Below, one piece after another: positions 16,059 through 34,978 of a stretch of 64,000 bases of DNA (positions are counted from its first letter, which is position 1; every line of letters starts with the position of its first letter). Location: NCBI RefSeq assembly GCF_009914755.1, contig NC_060933.1, one strand, 5' to 3'. Source of the stretch: the human T2T-CHM13v2.0 reference genome, Homo sapiens. Under the pieces are notes generated by a model. That model saw only the letters and a list, made by a program, of their open reading frames with translations, had not been told where the DNA came from and ran no database searches. The position numbers were made by a program, and so were the translations under genes.

Positions 16059-16146
16059 TATTCATTTAAATACATATATTCATTTAAATACATATATTCA
16101 TTTAAATACATAAATTCATTTAAATACATAAATTCATTTAAATACA
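16059..16146. repeat. 18-bp AT-rich minisatellite, ~5 units
   Basis: (t/a)attcatttaaatacata repeated. Confidence 0.9.
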
Positions 16147-16328
16147 AAATGTAAATGAATACATTTAAAGAAAGTATTCATTTACATTTTTGGACTCACA
16201 ATGTATAATAATGTAATCTTGTGAAAATAACAATCAAAAGAGGTGAGGGCAGAGCTATAAAGGAGCAAAGATTTTGTGTGTTACTGAAGTTAAGATGGTA
16301 TAAATTCAAATTAGAGTGTTATAACTTT

Positions 16329-16639
16329 TTGTTTTGTTTTTTTGTTTGTTTTTTGAGATGGAGTCTCGCTCTGTTGCCCAAGCTGGAGTACAGTGGCATG
16401 ATCTCGGCTCACTGCAAGCTCCGCCTCCCAGGTTCACGCCATTCTCTCGCCTCAGCATCCTGAGTAGCTGGGACTACAGGTGCCCACCACCACGCCCGGC
16501 TAATTTTGTTTTGGTATTTTTAGTAGAGACGGGGTTTCACCATGTTAGCCAGGATGGTCTCAATCTCCTGACCTTGCAATCCACCCACCTCGGCCTCCGA
16601 AAGTGCTAGGATTACAGGCGTGAACCACTGCGCCCAGCC
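16329..16639 (-). mobile_element. AluY-like element with TSD
   Basis: Full dimer; TSD tagagtgtta(t/c)aacttt at 16312-16328 and 16640-16656. Confidence 0.9.
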
Positions 16640-17939
16640 TAGAGTGTTACAACTTTAAATACCAAATGTAATCCCCATGGCAACCTTAAAGAAAATATCT
16701 GTAGAATGTACACAAAAGAAAATGACAAAGGAATTTAAATATTTCACTATAAAAATTAAACACAAAAGAAGACAATAATGTAGGAAACAAAAGGTAAATA
16801 AGATGCATGGCATATAAAAAACATGCAGCAAAATGACAGATTTAAATTCCTCCTTATCAGTAATTACTTTAAATGTAAATGGAGTAAACTCTCTAATCAA
16901 AAGACACAGATTGCCAGAATGCATAAAAATACATGATCTAGAGAGGTTCCAAGACAGCCAAATAGGAACAGCTCCAGTCTGCAGCTCCTAGCGTGACCAA
17001 CGCCGAAGACAGGTGATTTCTGCATTTCCAACTGAGGTACCAGGTTCATCTCACTGGGGCTTGTCAGACAGTGAGTGCAGCCCACAAAGCAGGGTGGGGC
17101 ACTGCCTCACCCGGGAAGCCCAAGGGTCCAGGAATTCCCTTTCCTACCTAAGGGAAGTCATGACAGACTGTATCTGGAAAATCGGGACACTCCCACCCTA
17201 ATACTGCACTTTTCCAACGGTCTTAGCAAATGGCACAGCAGGAGATTATATCCCACACCTGGCTGTAAGGGTCACTCGCCCACAGAGCCTCAATCACTGC
17301 TAGCACAGCAGTCTGAGATCAAATTGCAAGGCAGCAGCGAGGCTGGGGGAGGGGTGTCCGCTATTGCTGAGGCCTGAGTAGGTAAACAAAGAGGCCAGGA
17401 AGCTCCAACTGGGTGGAGCCCACCGCAGCTCAAGGAGGCCTGCCTGCCTCAGTAGACTCCACCTCTGGGGGCAGGACATAGCTGAACAAAAGGCAGAAGA
17501 AACTTCTGCAGACTTAAACGTCCCTGTCTAACAGCTTTGAAGAGAGTAGTGGTTCTCCCAGCACCAAGTCTGAGATCTGAGAACTGACAGACTGCCTCCT
17601 CAAGTGGGTCCCTGGCCCCCGAGTAGCCTAACTAGGAGACACCTCCCAGTAGGGGCTGACTGACACCTCATACAGTCCAGTGCCCCTCTGAGACGAAGCT
17701 TCCAGAGGAAGGATCAGACAGCAACATCTGCTGTTCTGCAATATTTGCAGTCCTGCAGCCTCCACTGGTGATACCCAGGCAAACAGGGTCTGGAGTGGAC
17801 CAGCAGCAAATTCCAACAGACCTGCAGCTGAGGGTCCTGACTGTTAGAAGGAAAACTAACAAACAGAAAGCACATCCACACCAAAACCCCATCTGTACGT
17901 CACCATCATCAAAGACCAAAGGTATATAAAACCACAAAG

Positions 17940-18965
17940 ATGGGGAGAAACCAGAGCAGAAAAGCTGAAAATTCTAAACATCACAGCCCCTCTTCCCCTC
18001 CAAAGGAATGCAGCCGCTCACCAGGAACGGAACAAAGCTGGACGGAGATTGACTCTGATGAGTTGAGAGAAGAAGGCTTCAGAAGATTGGTAATAACAAA
18101 CTTCTCTGAGCTAAAGGAGGATATTTGAACCCATTGCAAAGAAGCTAAAAACCTTGAAAAAAGATTGGACGAATGGCTAACTAGAATAAACAGTGTAGAG
18201 AAGTCCTTAAATGACCTGATGGAGCTGAAAACCATGGCACAAGAACTACCTGACGCATGCACAAGCTTCAGAAGCTGATTTCATCAAGTAGAAGAAAGGG
18301 CATCAGTGATTGAAGATCAAATAAATGAAATGAAGTGAGAAGATAAGTTTAGAGAAAAAAGAGTAAAAAGAAACAAACAAAGCCTCTGAGAAATATGGGA
18401 CTATGTGAAAAGACCAAATCTATGTCTGATTGCTGTACCTGAAAGTGATGGGGAGAATGGAACCAAGATGGAAAATACTCTTCAGGATATTATCCAGGAG
18501 AACTTCCTCAACCTAGCAAGGGAGGCCAACATTCAAATTCACAAAATACAGAGAACACCACAAAGATACTCCTCAAGAAGAGCAACTCCAAGACACATAA
18601 TTGTCAGATTCACCAAAGTTGAAATGAAGGAAAAAATGTTAAGGGCGGCCAGAGAGAAAGGTCAGGTTACCCCCAAAGGGAAGCCCATAAGACTAACAGC
18701 GGATCTCTTGGCAGAAACTCTACAAGCCAGAAGAGAGTGGGGGCCAATATTCAACATTCTTAAAGAAAAGAATTTTCAACCCAGAATTTCATATCCAGCC
18801 AAACTAAGCTTCATAAGTGAAGGAGAAATAAAATACTTTACAGACAAGCAAATGCTGAGAAATCTTGTCACCACCAGGCCTGCCTTACAAGAGCTCCTGA
18901 AGGAAGCAGTGAACATGGAAAGGAACAACTGGTAAAAGCCACTGCAAAAACATGCCAAATTGTAA
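17940..18965 (+). pseudogene. L1 ORF1p remnant (stops/frameshifts)
   Basis: MGRNQSRKAENSK...; RATPRHIIVRFTKVEMKEKMLRAAREKG. Confidence 0.9.
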
Positions 18966-19028
18966 AGACCATTGATGCTAGGAAGAAACTGCATCAACTA
19001 ATGAGCAAAATAACCAGCTAACATCATA

Positions 19029-22858
<3,830 letters not shown>

Positions 22859-25800
22859 ACAATGAGAACACTTGGACACAGGGTGGGGAACATCACACAC
22901 CGGGGCCTGTCGTAGGGTGGGCTGAAGGTGGAGGGATAGCATTAGGAGATATACCCAATGTAAATGACGAGTTAACAAGTGCAGCACACCAACATGGCAC
23001 ATGTATACATAATAAACCTGCACGTTGTGCACATGTTCCCTAGAACTTAAAGTATAATAACAAAAAAAAATACATGATCTAAGCAAGACGGCTCAGCAGA
23101 AGCCCTAGTGCTTGTCCTCCTCACAAAGACAGCCAGAACAACAAATAAGATATATTTTTACAAAAATAGTGGAGAGAGAGAGCAGAAGTACACCAGAGGA
23201 ATAACAGAAACTTGGGATGGCCATATAAAGAATACAAGAAAATGCCAGGACTGAACCATCTCATTCCCCAACTGGAATCAGCTGGGAACAAGGAGGAACT
23301 TCTTCCTATAGTGAGGAAATAAAGCAAGAAGTTCCCAGCAGCTCCCATCAACTCCTTGGACACCTACAGACCTCACCACTGGAGTCCTCTGGAGTCCTCA
23401 CAGACACTAAACCCAGCTAAGGGAGCTTCCTGGAGTCCACATAGCTGTGTTCTTCCCAGAGAAGGAGCAGACACTGCGGCTCACACAGCTACTGCACTAT
23501 ACCATCTTAGTGTTGGTACCATGGCTGGAGTGTGTCTTGCTCTGGGGTTGAGTAGCCAAGGCTCCCTTTCATGTCTGAGGCTAAGCCACCACTAAACCAC
23601 CCCATCCCAGTGGCCTGACACACTCAAGCCAAGATGCAAGCTGCTGTTATACCCTTCTCCACAGAACCAAGCAGACGTGGAGCCACTCTACCTACCCCTA
23701 CCACTGCCCCTTTGGGCTGGAGCTAAAGTAGTACTCTACTTCCTAGGAAAATGATACCTTGGCAAGGCATGTCAGTCATACCTCCCCAGTGCCTAAGTTG
23801 AATCAGTCCTCTGCATTCCAGGAAATGGTGCCTTGGCTGCCCAGAGTAGTCGTGACCCCAGTACCTAACCTGAAGTGGTACCTTGCATTCCAGGGAAATA
23901 GCACCTGGGCTGCCCAGGACAATCACACACAACCAGGCCTGAGCTGAAGTGGCATATTGCCCCCTGAAGAATCAATACCCTGGATCAAGTTGAGCAGTTG
24001 TGTTAGGGCTGAGCTGATATAATAAAGAGGGTCATTATATAATGATAATGGGATCGATCCAGCAAGAGGAGTATATAACAATTCTAAATGTACCTGCACT
24101 GAATACTGGAGCACCTAGATATATAAAGCAGTATTATAAGATCTAAGGGGAGAGATAGACTCCAACACAATAATAATTGGAGACTTCAACACCCCACTTT
24201 CAGCATTGAACAGATCATCTAGAAAATCAGCAAAGAAACATTGAATTTAAGCTGTACTGTAGACCAATGTCTAACAGACATTTACAGAACATTTAAACCA
24301 ACAGCTGCAGAATACAAATTATTTTCATCAGCATATAGACCATTCTCCAGGAGAGATTACATGTTAGACTATAAAACAAGTCTCAATATATTTAAAAGAA
24401 TTTAAATCATATTAAGTATCTTTTCTGATCATAATGGAGTATAAATAGAAATTAATAAAAAGAGAAACTTTTGAAATTGTACCAATACATGGAAATTAAG
24501 CAGCATGTTCCTGAATAATTAATGGGTCAATAAAGAAATTAAGAAGGAAATTTAAAAATTTTTTGAAACAAATGAAAATAGAAACAACATACCAAGACCT
24601 ATGAGATGCAGAAAAAGCAGTATTAAGAAGCAAATTTATAGCAATAAATGCCTACATGAAAAAATAGAAAGCTTTCAAATAAGCAACATAGCAGTGCATT
24701 TCAACAAACTAGAAAAGTGAGAACAAACTAAACCTAAAATTAGAAGGAAAGAAATAAGATCAAAGCACAAATAAAACTGAGACAAAAAAAAGTATCAATG
24801 AAACAAAAAGCTGGTTTTTTAAAAAAGATAAAATCAGTAAAGTTCCACAAGTTAGACTAATCAAGAAAAGAGAAAAGATCCAAATAATAAAAATCAGAAA
24901 CAAAAAAAGGAGACATTACAACTCATACCACAGAAATAAAAAGTTTCCTATCAAAGAAAAGCCCAGGACCCAGTGGCTTCACTGCTGAACTCTACCAAAC
25001 ATTTAACGAAGAACTAATTAACAATTCTTCTCAAAGTCTTCCAGAAAATTGAGGAGGACAGAATTCTTCCAAACTTATTCTATGAGGCCAGCATTGCCTT
25101 GATACCATAACTAGACAATAACTTTAAAAAAAGAAAACTATAGGCCAATATCCCTGATGAAGATAGATGTAAAAATCCTCAACAAAATACTAGCAAACCA
25201 AATCTAGCAGCACATTAAAAAGATAATTCACTATGATCAAGTGAGATTTAGCCAATGGATGCAAGGATAATTCAACATATGGAAATCAATAAACGTGATA
25301 CATCTGATTAACAGAACCAAGAACAAAAACCATATAATCATTTCAATAGATGCTGAAAAAGCATTTGATAAAATTCAACATCACTTTATGATAAAAACCC
25401 ACAACAAACTTGGTATAGGAGAAACATACCTCAAGATAATAAAGGCCATATATGGCAAACCCAAAGCTAACATCACATCTAATTGGGAAAAATTAAAAGC
25501 CTTTCCCCTAAGATCAGGAACAACACAAGGGTTCCTATTTTCACCACTTTTACTAGACATAATACTGGAAGTCTGAGTCAGAGCAATTAGGCAAAATAAA
25601 GAAATAAAGCACATCCAAATTGGAAAGGAAGAAGTCAAATTGTTCTTGTTTGCAGACAACATGAACTTATGTGTAAAGAAACCTAAAAGCACCACCAAAA
25701 AAACTCTTAGAACTGATCAACAAATTCAGTAAATTTGCAAGATACAGAATCAACATTAAAAAATCAGTAATGTCTCTATACACCAACAGAGAACTATCAG

Positions 25801-26049
25801 AAAAAGAAATCAAAAAAGCAATCCCAATTACAATCACTACCAACAAATACCTAAAGAAAATTAACTGAGGAGGTAAAAATCTTTATAAAAAGAACTATAA
25901 AGCACAATGAAAGAAATTGAAGAGGACACCAAAAGTGAAGAGACACTCCTTCTTTTTAAAAATAGAAAAAAAAAAACTAAAATATGCATGGAACCACAGA
26001 AGATCCTGAATAGCCAAAGCAATCCTGAGCAAAAAGAATAAAGTTGGAA

Positions 26050-26180
26050 CCAGGCATAGTGGCTCAAACCTGTAATCCCAGTGCTTTGGGAAGCTGAGGT
26101 AGGAGGATTGCTTGAGTCCAGGAGTTCGAGACCAGCCTGGGCAATATAGCAAGACCCCATTTGTATGAAAAAGAAAAAAT
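26050..26180 (+). mobile_element. Alu monomer (FLAM/AluJ left arm)
   Basis: caggcatagtggctcaaacctgtaatcccag ... gcaatatagcaagacccc. Confidence 0.8.
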
Positions 26181-26335
26181 GAACAAACCTGGAGGCATCA
26201 CACAACCAGACTTCAAAATATACTATAAAGCTATAATAACCAAAATAGGATGGTACTGACATAAGAACAGACATATAGACCAATGGAACAGAATAGAAAA
26301 CCCAGAAATAAATCCATGTATTTAAAGCCAACTAA

Positions 26336-26659
26336 TTTTTTTTCTTTTTCTTTTTCTTTTCTTTTCGAGTCAAGGTCTCACTCTATTACCCAGGCTGGAG
26401 TGCAGTGGCAGGATCACAGCTCAATGCAGACTTGAACTCCTGGGCTCAAATGATCCTCCCACCCCAACCTCCTGAGTAGCTGGATTACAGGCACAGGCCA
26501 CCATAGCTAGCTAATTTGTTATTGGCTTTTCTTTTCTTTTAGAGAGATAAGGTTTTGCTATGTGGACCAAGCTGGTCTCCAACTCCTGACCTCTAGCAAT
26601 CCTCTTGTGTTGGCCTCCCAAAGTGCTGGGATTACAGGTGTAAGCCACCATGCCCAGCC
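26336..26659 (-). mobile_element. AluJ-like element
   Basis: T-rich tail followed by an antisense dimeric Alu. Confidence 0.85.
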
Positions 26660-26770
26660 TGCCTATTGATTTTTGACAAAGAAACCAAAAACACTGATAG
26701 AGAAAGGAACAGTCTTGTCAATAAATCGTGCTGGGAAAACTGGATATCCATAAAGAGAACAATAAAACCA

Positions 26771-27122
<352 letters not shown>

Positions 27123-28233
27123 TCAAAATGGATTAAAGACTTATGACCTGAAACTATGAAACTATTAGAATAAAATATAGGGGAAATACTTAAGACATTG
27201 GTCTGAGCAAATATTTCATGTTGAAGACCTCAAAAGTACAGGTAATGAAGAGAAAATAGACAAATCGCATTATATCAAACTACCATAGCAAGAGAAACAA
27301 TCAACAGAGTGAAGACAACATACAGAAAACTTGGAGAAAATATTTACAAACTAGTCATCTGACAAGGGATTAATATCCAGAAAATACAAGGAACTAAAAC
27401 AAGTCAGCAGCAAAAATACCAAATAAACCAATTTTTAACTGGTAAAATGAACCAAATAGACATTTATCAAAAGGAGACATATGAATTGCCCACAGGTATG
27501 TGAAAAACGTGCTCAACATCACTAATCATCAGGTAAATACAAATAAAACCACAATGAAATATCATCTCGTCCCAATTTGAATGACTATTAATTTTTTAAA
27601 ATGCTGGTGAGGATTCAGAGTAAGGAGAACTCTTTTACACTGTTGGTGGGAATGTAGATTAGTATAGTTATATGGAAAACAGTATAAATTATCATCAAAA
27701 AACTAAAAATAGAACTACCATATGATCCAGCAATTCCACTACTGGGTACATATCCAAAGGAAACAAAATTAGTATGTTGAAGAGACATCTGCACTTCCAG
27801 GTTTACTGAAGCACTATTCATAATAGCCAAGTTATTGTATCAACATAGGTGTCTACCAACAGATGAATGTATAATGAAAATATGGTATATATACACAATG
27901 AGACACTATTTAGCCAGAAAACAAGAACCAAATTCTCTTTCATGGCAATATGAATGAGTATGGATGGGATAGCATTCTGTTAAATAAAATAAGCTAAGCC
28001 CAGAAATGTAAATATGACATGTTATCACTCATATGTGGAAGCTAAAAAAGTTGATCTTACAGAAATAGAGAGTAGAATATTGGTTACTGGAGGCAGAGAA
28101 GGACAGGTGGGAGGGAAGGATAGACAAAGGTTGGTTAACAGATAAAAAAGTACAGCTAGAAAAGAATAATAAATTCTAATGTTCTATAGCATTATACAAT
28201 GACCATAACAATTTATTGTATATATATATATGA

Positions 28234-28571
<338 letters not shown>

Positions 28572-28785
28572 TATTGTATATTTTTAAATAGCTAGAAGAA
28601 TTGATTTCAAATGTTTTCAACACAAAGAAATGATAAATGTTTATGATTGTAGATATGCTAATTACCCTGGTTTGAGCATTACATGTTGTATACATGTATC
28701 AAAATATCACAATGTAGCCCATAAGTATGTACAATTATCAGGTATCAGTTAAAAATAACAATAAAAGTAAAACATATGTAACCTA

Positions 28786-30899
28786 ACTATATGCCATCTG
28801 TAAGAGACTCAATTTAGATTCAAAAACAGATTGAAAGTGAAAAGATGGAAAAAGAAATTCCATGCAAATAGTAACAAAAAGAGAGCAGGGGTTGCTATAC
28901 GAATATCAGACAAAATAGACTGTAAATCAAAAAAGCTCATAAGAGAGAAAGGACATTATACATTAATAAAAGAGTCAATATAGAAAGAAAATATAAAATC
29001 ATACACATTTACTCACCTAACGACAGACCACCAAAATACATGAAGCAAAAACTGACAGCATGAAAGGGAGAAATAGAGAGTTCTACAATAATAGTTGGAG
29101 ACTTAAATATCCCACTGTAAATAAAAGAACAACCAGACAGAAGATAAGCAAGGAAGGAGAGGACTTAACAAAATAAACCAACTAGATCTAACAGACATAT
29201 ACAGAACACTCTACCCAACAACAGCAGCATATACATTCTTCCCAAATGCACATGGGACATTTCCCAGGATGGATCATATATTGGGCCACAAGTTAAGTCT
29301 CAATTGATTTTAAAAGATAGAGGTCATAGGCTGGGTGCAGTGGCTCACACATGTAATCCCAGCACTTTGGGAGGCCAAGGTGGGCGGATCACGAGGTCAG
29401 GAGATCAAGGCCATCTTGGCTAACACGGTGAAACCCCATCTCTACTAAAAACACAAAAAATTAGCTGGGCCTGGTGGCGGGTGCCTGTAGTCCCAGCTAT
29501 TCAGTAGGATGAGGCAGGAGAATGGTGTGAACCCAGGAGGTAGAGCTTGCAGTGAGCTGAGATCACGCCACTGCACTTCAGCCTGGGCAACAGAGCAAGA
29601 CTCCATTTCAAAAAAAATAGAGGTCATAAAAAATATCTTCTCCGACCACAACAGAACAAACTTAGACATTAATAACAGAAGTAAAACTATAAAATTCTTA
29701 AATTTGTAGAATTTAAACAACATACTCTTAAATAATCAATGAGCTAAAATGATATCACAAAGTATATTAGAAAATACTTATCAACAAATGAAAACCAAAA
29801 CACAATATACCGAAACTTATGGGATGCCACAAAAGCAGTCCTCAGTTGGAATTTATAGCTATAAATGCCTACAACAAAAAAATGAAAAAGATATCAAATT
29901 TTTATACAACTTCACAACTTAAGAAACTAGAAAAAAGAAATACAAATTCAACACGAAGCTAATGGAAGGAAATAATAGAGACTAGAGCAGAGATAAATGG
30001 CAGAGAATAGAAACAAGAACAGCGAAAATTAATGAAACCAAAACTGATTTTTTTGAAAGATCAACAAAACTGACAAGGCGTTAGCTAGATGGGGAAAAAA
30101 AACACAGAAGACTCAAGTTATTGAAATTAGAAATGAAAATGGAGACATTTCTGTAGATTTTACAAAAGTAAAAATGATTATAACAGACTACATAAGCAAA
30201 TTGGAGAAAGTGGATGAAATGGACAAATTCCTAGAAACACAAAATCTACCAAGACTGGGTCATTAATAAATAAAAAATCTGGATAGATCTACAACTAATT
30301 TGAGATTGAATCAGTAATGAAAACAATTTCCCAACAAAGAAAAGCCCAAGATCGATGGCTTCACTGGTGAATTCTGCCAAACATTTACAGAATTAATACC
30401 AACCCATCTCAAACTTTTCACAAAAAAATTGAACAGGAGGGAATACTTTGCAACTCATTCTATGAGGCTAGCATTGCCCTAATATCAAAGCAAGAAATCA
30501 CTACAAGAAAAGAAAACTGCAGACCAATATCCCTTATAAATATTGATGCAAAAATCCTCAATAAAATGTTAGCAAACTGAATTTAGCAGGACAGTAGAAA
30601 AGATTTTGTATCATGATCAAGTGGGGTTTAATCTTGAAATGCAAGGATGGTTCAACATAGAAACGATCAATATAATTGATCGTTTTGCCTCACATTAACA
30701 GAATGGAGGCAAAAAAAAAACATGATCATCTCAATTGAAGCAAAAAAAAAGCATTTGACAAAATTCAGTACACTTTCATGATAAAAAACACTCAACAAAT
30801 TAGGAACAAAAGGCAACTACTTCAACATAATAAAAGGCACATATGACAAACTCACAGCAAACACTCAATGACGAAAGACTGGAAGCATTTCCTTTAAGA
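28786..30899 (+). mobile_element. Continuation of the ancient L1M (decayed ORF2 EN-RT)
   Basis: actatatgccatctgtaagagactca continues ORF2 EN exactly where 16940 stopped; RT-like text up to gactggaagcatttcctttaaga. Confidence 0.8.
29329..29618 (+). mobile_element. AluY-like element with TSD (atagaggtcata)
   Basis: ggcggatcacgaggtcaggagatc, gaatggtgtgaaccc, gagcttgcagtgag. Confidence 0.88.
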
Positions 30900-31419
30900 A
30901 AGGTGCAGAGAGTTGTGTGACCACCTAGACTCACACCTTAGCCAGGATTAGGGACAGGATACAATTCCAAATAAGTGAGTATGAATCAGGTCATGAACTT
31001 ATCTACCACAGAAACCCTCTCTACTTGTTAAATCTCATACCCCTGCCAGAAATGAGAAAAGTCACCAAGGTTAAGGTAATAGAAATCACCAATTCTTGTC
31101 TTCTGATTCTCCCTGCACATCTTCATGTATATCTACTCTCTCAGTTTTCTGGTGCCCTCAGCTCACCCAGACCATATTATTAACCCTATGCCACTTCAAT
31201 CTCCCTTAACAACCCTGTGAGGGGAACCTGAGAGTCTCATTAACTGGGTTCTGGATTTAGGGTCACTGTTGTCAAAACTCTGGTAACTGTTCTCACTAGA
31301 AAGTTATGGATCAGAAGGGCAGTCTTGGGAACCAGTGGGAAAGCTAGGGAAACACTACCACCCTGACTAGGAGGAAGAGCCTATGTTCATAGCATATTAT
31401 TTTTGTTTTATGAAAAAGT

Positions 31420-31522
31420 TTATCTGTTCACCCAACAAATATTTGTTGCATTTTTACCATGTGTCAGGTACAGTTTAGGTGCTAGGGATACAGCAGGGAG
31501 CAAAACAGACCAAAATTCTGTT
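31420..31522 (-). mobile_element. L2 3'-end fragment
   Basis: caacaaatatttgttgcatttttaccatgtgtcaggtacagtttaggtgctagggatacagca; resumes at ~32076. Confidence 0.6.
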
Positions 31523-31524
31523 TT

Positions 31525-32075
<551 letters not shown>

Positions 32076-32659
32076 AACTGTCTTCATGGAGTTTATGTTC
32101 ACATTGGGGGGGAAGTAAATTAAATTACAACATAATAAACATCCATATATCCATTGCAAGCTTAAGACCCAGCATAACTATTTACCAGCCTATTTACATA
32201 CCCTCGACTCTCACCAGAGCCTTTCACGTAGCCTCCTGATGGGGTTGGTTGAGGAGCTGAGAAAGGGGTGCACCTTCGCAGCAGTCATTGTGGACACCTT
32301 CTTTTATTCCTGGCCTGCTGTCACGCTGAACCTTTTTTCTCCCTCTAAAGTCCTTGCTTCTGTCTGACTCCAAACCTTTGGCTCTCTGCAGCCCAAATTT
32401 TGAGCCTACCTGTGGCCCTTAAAACTTGGTATTTAAACCAGGTATTCCCATCAAATGCCTCTTATCTTTTCCTAACAGATTTTTTCTGACTTAGTTTGCC
32501 CCTTGATCTCTGACCTTCTTGCTCGCTAAGTAAGAAAGCCTGATAAGCACATCAGAATCTTATAGAAGAAGATAGGCAACTCATATGTTTGGGGTCACCA
32601 AAGATTGGCCAATTTGCAATATGTACATTTGTCAAGGAGGCAAACATATTTATAAAAAT

Positions 32660-33670
32660 AAAAGCTAGCATTTATATGCCACTTACTGTGGACAAGGAAC
32701 TATTCTAATGTTTTTCATGCCTTAATTCATTTAATCCTTATTATAGCTCTTTAAGATAGGTTTTTAATTATTCCTGTTTTACAGATTAAGAAACCAAGAC
32801 TCAAAGAAATTGATGGGGCTCAGGACATGCTACCCCAAAAATATGGCACCTCAGCATTGTGAACATTTTAAGCTGAAGAAATTTGAGAAAACAATCTGGG
32901 CACCTGTAATCCCAGGTACTCAGGAGGCTGAGGCAGGAAGAAGGTTGCTTGAGCCCAGGGTTTCAAGGGTGCAGTGAGCTATGATCACACCACTGCATTC
33001 CAACCTGGGCAAGAGAGTGAAACCCTATCCCTTTAAAAAAAAAAAAGGAAAGAAAAGAAATTTGAGAAAACAGCAGAAGCAGGAAGGCAAGTCTCACTTT
33101 CCTCATCTCCCTCCCTTCTCCCATCAAGCAGGTCATAAAACCTAGGAAGGATTTTCTGACCTTTCCCTGAAGCAGGTTATAAGACCCTCATGTGAGAAGT
33201 GTCTTCCTATGCCTGGGAAAGAGGAACATCTTTATCTCTGAAGATAAAGGGTCACAGAGAAGAATCTGACTTGTTAAGATTCCAAGGACTTGCTAAGTTT
33301 CTCCCAGTTTATTACCATTAGATCACACCCTTTTTCCTGTCATATTTCTCCACAACTACCCATTCTTCATCAAACCTAGCATTAAAAAAAACCCACACAC
33401 AACCCTCAGGTTTAATGGTTTCTTCAGATTTTTATTTCTGTATGAAGTCTCCAAGTCATGTAAAACTTACATTAAATAAATTTGCGGGCTTTTCTCTTAT
33501 TAATCTGCATGTTGTTACAGGGACCTTAGCCATGAACCTAAAATAGGTAGAAGGAAAGATATTTTTCCTTCCCTATGAGGTAAAGTAACTTTCCCAAAAA
33601 CACACTGCTAATAAGTGGCAGAAATGGGGTTTGAACAAGGATTCTGAATATAGACCACCACCCTCCTTAT
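32660..33670 (+). mobile_element. MIR split by a MER34/MER39-like ERV1 LTR (~32811-33577), which itself contains an Alu right monomer (~32895-33055)
   Basis: MIR core attattcctgttttacagattaagaaacc ... aggtaaagtaactttcccaa; LTR start tgatggggctcaggacatgctaccccaaaaatatggc; Alu TSD aagaaatttgagaaaaca. Confidence 0.65.
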
Positions 33671-34209
33671 CCATTATATGGCATATTTATAACACCTGAC
33701 CCTCCAACCAACTAATCGACCTGGGCCTTGTCTGAAAGGCAATGGAGGTTCTAATTATTTTTGTATGTGATTAAAATAAATGTTCTTCCTTCGGATATCC
33801 ATATAGCTAATTCCCTCACATCTGTATGGAATAAATTACGTCCCTCCCCAAATTTATATGTTGAATCCCTAATCCCCAGCATTCAGTGCAGTATCCGACA
33901 CACAGCAAGTGATCAATAAATAAATGACAAGAAGAAAGAAAGCTCAGGAATTGACTGAGTCTTCCTCAGACCAAACTCCATGGGACAGGAAGGAGGCAGG
34001 GCTGAGCCAAGAAGAGGGACCTGGCTTATGCTTAGAAATGGGGTAAGCATGATGACAAATTACAGCTTCAACAAAAGATCAGGGTAGCTGGAGTCAGAAA
34101 GGCAAATTCATCCAAACCAAGAAGGCATCTTAAGACGCTAAAAACTGAAGAGCATGAAGGAAGCCAAAGACTAATTCTGCCATAGATCTGGTTGTTAAGC
34201 CTCGTGGCT

Positions 34210-34509
34210 CTTTTTTTTTTTCTTTCTTTTTTTGAGATGGAGTCTCGCTCTGTCACCCAGGCTGGAGTGCAGTGGCGGTCTCGGCTCACTGCAACCTCCA
34301 CCTCCCGGGTTCACGCCATCTTACCTCAGCCTCCCGAGTAGCTAGGACTACAGGCGCCCGCCACCACGCCCGGCTAATTTTTTGTATTTTTAGTAGAGAC
34401 GGGGTTTCACCTTGTTAGCCAGGATGGTCTCGATCTCCTGACCTCGTGATCCATCCACCTCGGCCTCCCAAAGTGCTGGGATTACAGGCGTGAGCCACCA
34501 CGCCCGGCC
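34210..34509 (-). mobile_element. AluY/Sc-like element with TSD (agcctc[g/c]tggctctt)
   Basis: CpG-rich antisense dimeric Alu. Confidence 0.9.
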
Positions 34510-34677
34510 AGCCTCCTGGCTCTTAATCCTCTGCTCACCTCACCTGCTCAGGTGTTGCCTCCAGAATGCTTTAAAGTATTCTGTTCTGACACTCTTTTGA
34601 CCTTAGCCCAGGCAGGATTGATGGTGATCTAAGGAAAGATACGCAAGTCTACTCAGCTCCTTCAAAAGTTTCCTTCT

Positions 34678-34978
34678 GCCTGAGCATAGTGGCTCATGCC
34701 TATAATTCCAGTGCTTTGGGAAGCTGAGGCAGAACAACCGCTTAAGCCCAGGAGCTGAAAACCAGCCTGGGCAACATAGCAAGACCCTGTCTCTATAAAA
34801 AACAAAAATTAGCTGGGTATGGTGGCACATGCCTGTGGTCCCAGCTACCAGGGAGGCTGAGGTGGGAGGATTGCTTGAGCCTCAGTTCAAGTTCGAGGCT
34901 TCAGTGGGTTATGATTGCACCACTGCATTCCAGCCTGGGTGACAGAGTGACACCCCATCTCTAAAAGAAAAAAAAAAG
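34678..34978 (+). mobile_element. AluJ with TSD aaaagtttccttc
   Basis: Dimeric Alu with J-type gggaggattgcttgagcc. Confidence 0.85.

Larger units (their letters stand above)
14075..16940 (+). mobile_element. Ancient L1M element, 5' part (5' UTR, decayed ORF1, start of ORF2)
   Basis: ORF1-like decayed text at ~14900-15750 (...gagggagaaattaagacatttccagataaacaaaagctgag); ORF2 start-like actttaaatgtaaatggagtaaactctctaatcaaaagacacagattg at ~16866-16915. Confidence 0.75.

Noticed and set aside
16059-16146. CRISPR-like array
   Set aside because: Head-to-tail minisatellite with no spacers, in primate DNA with no cas genes.
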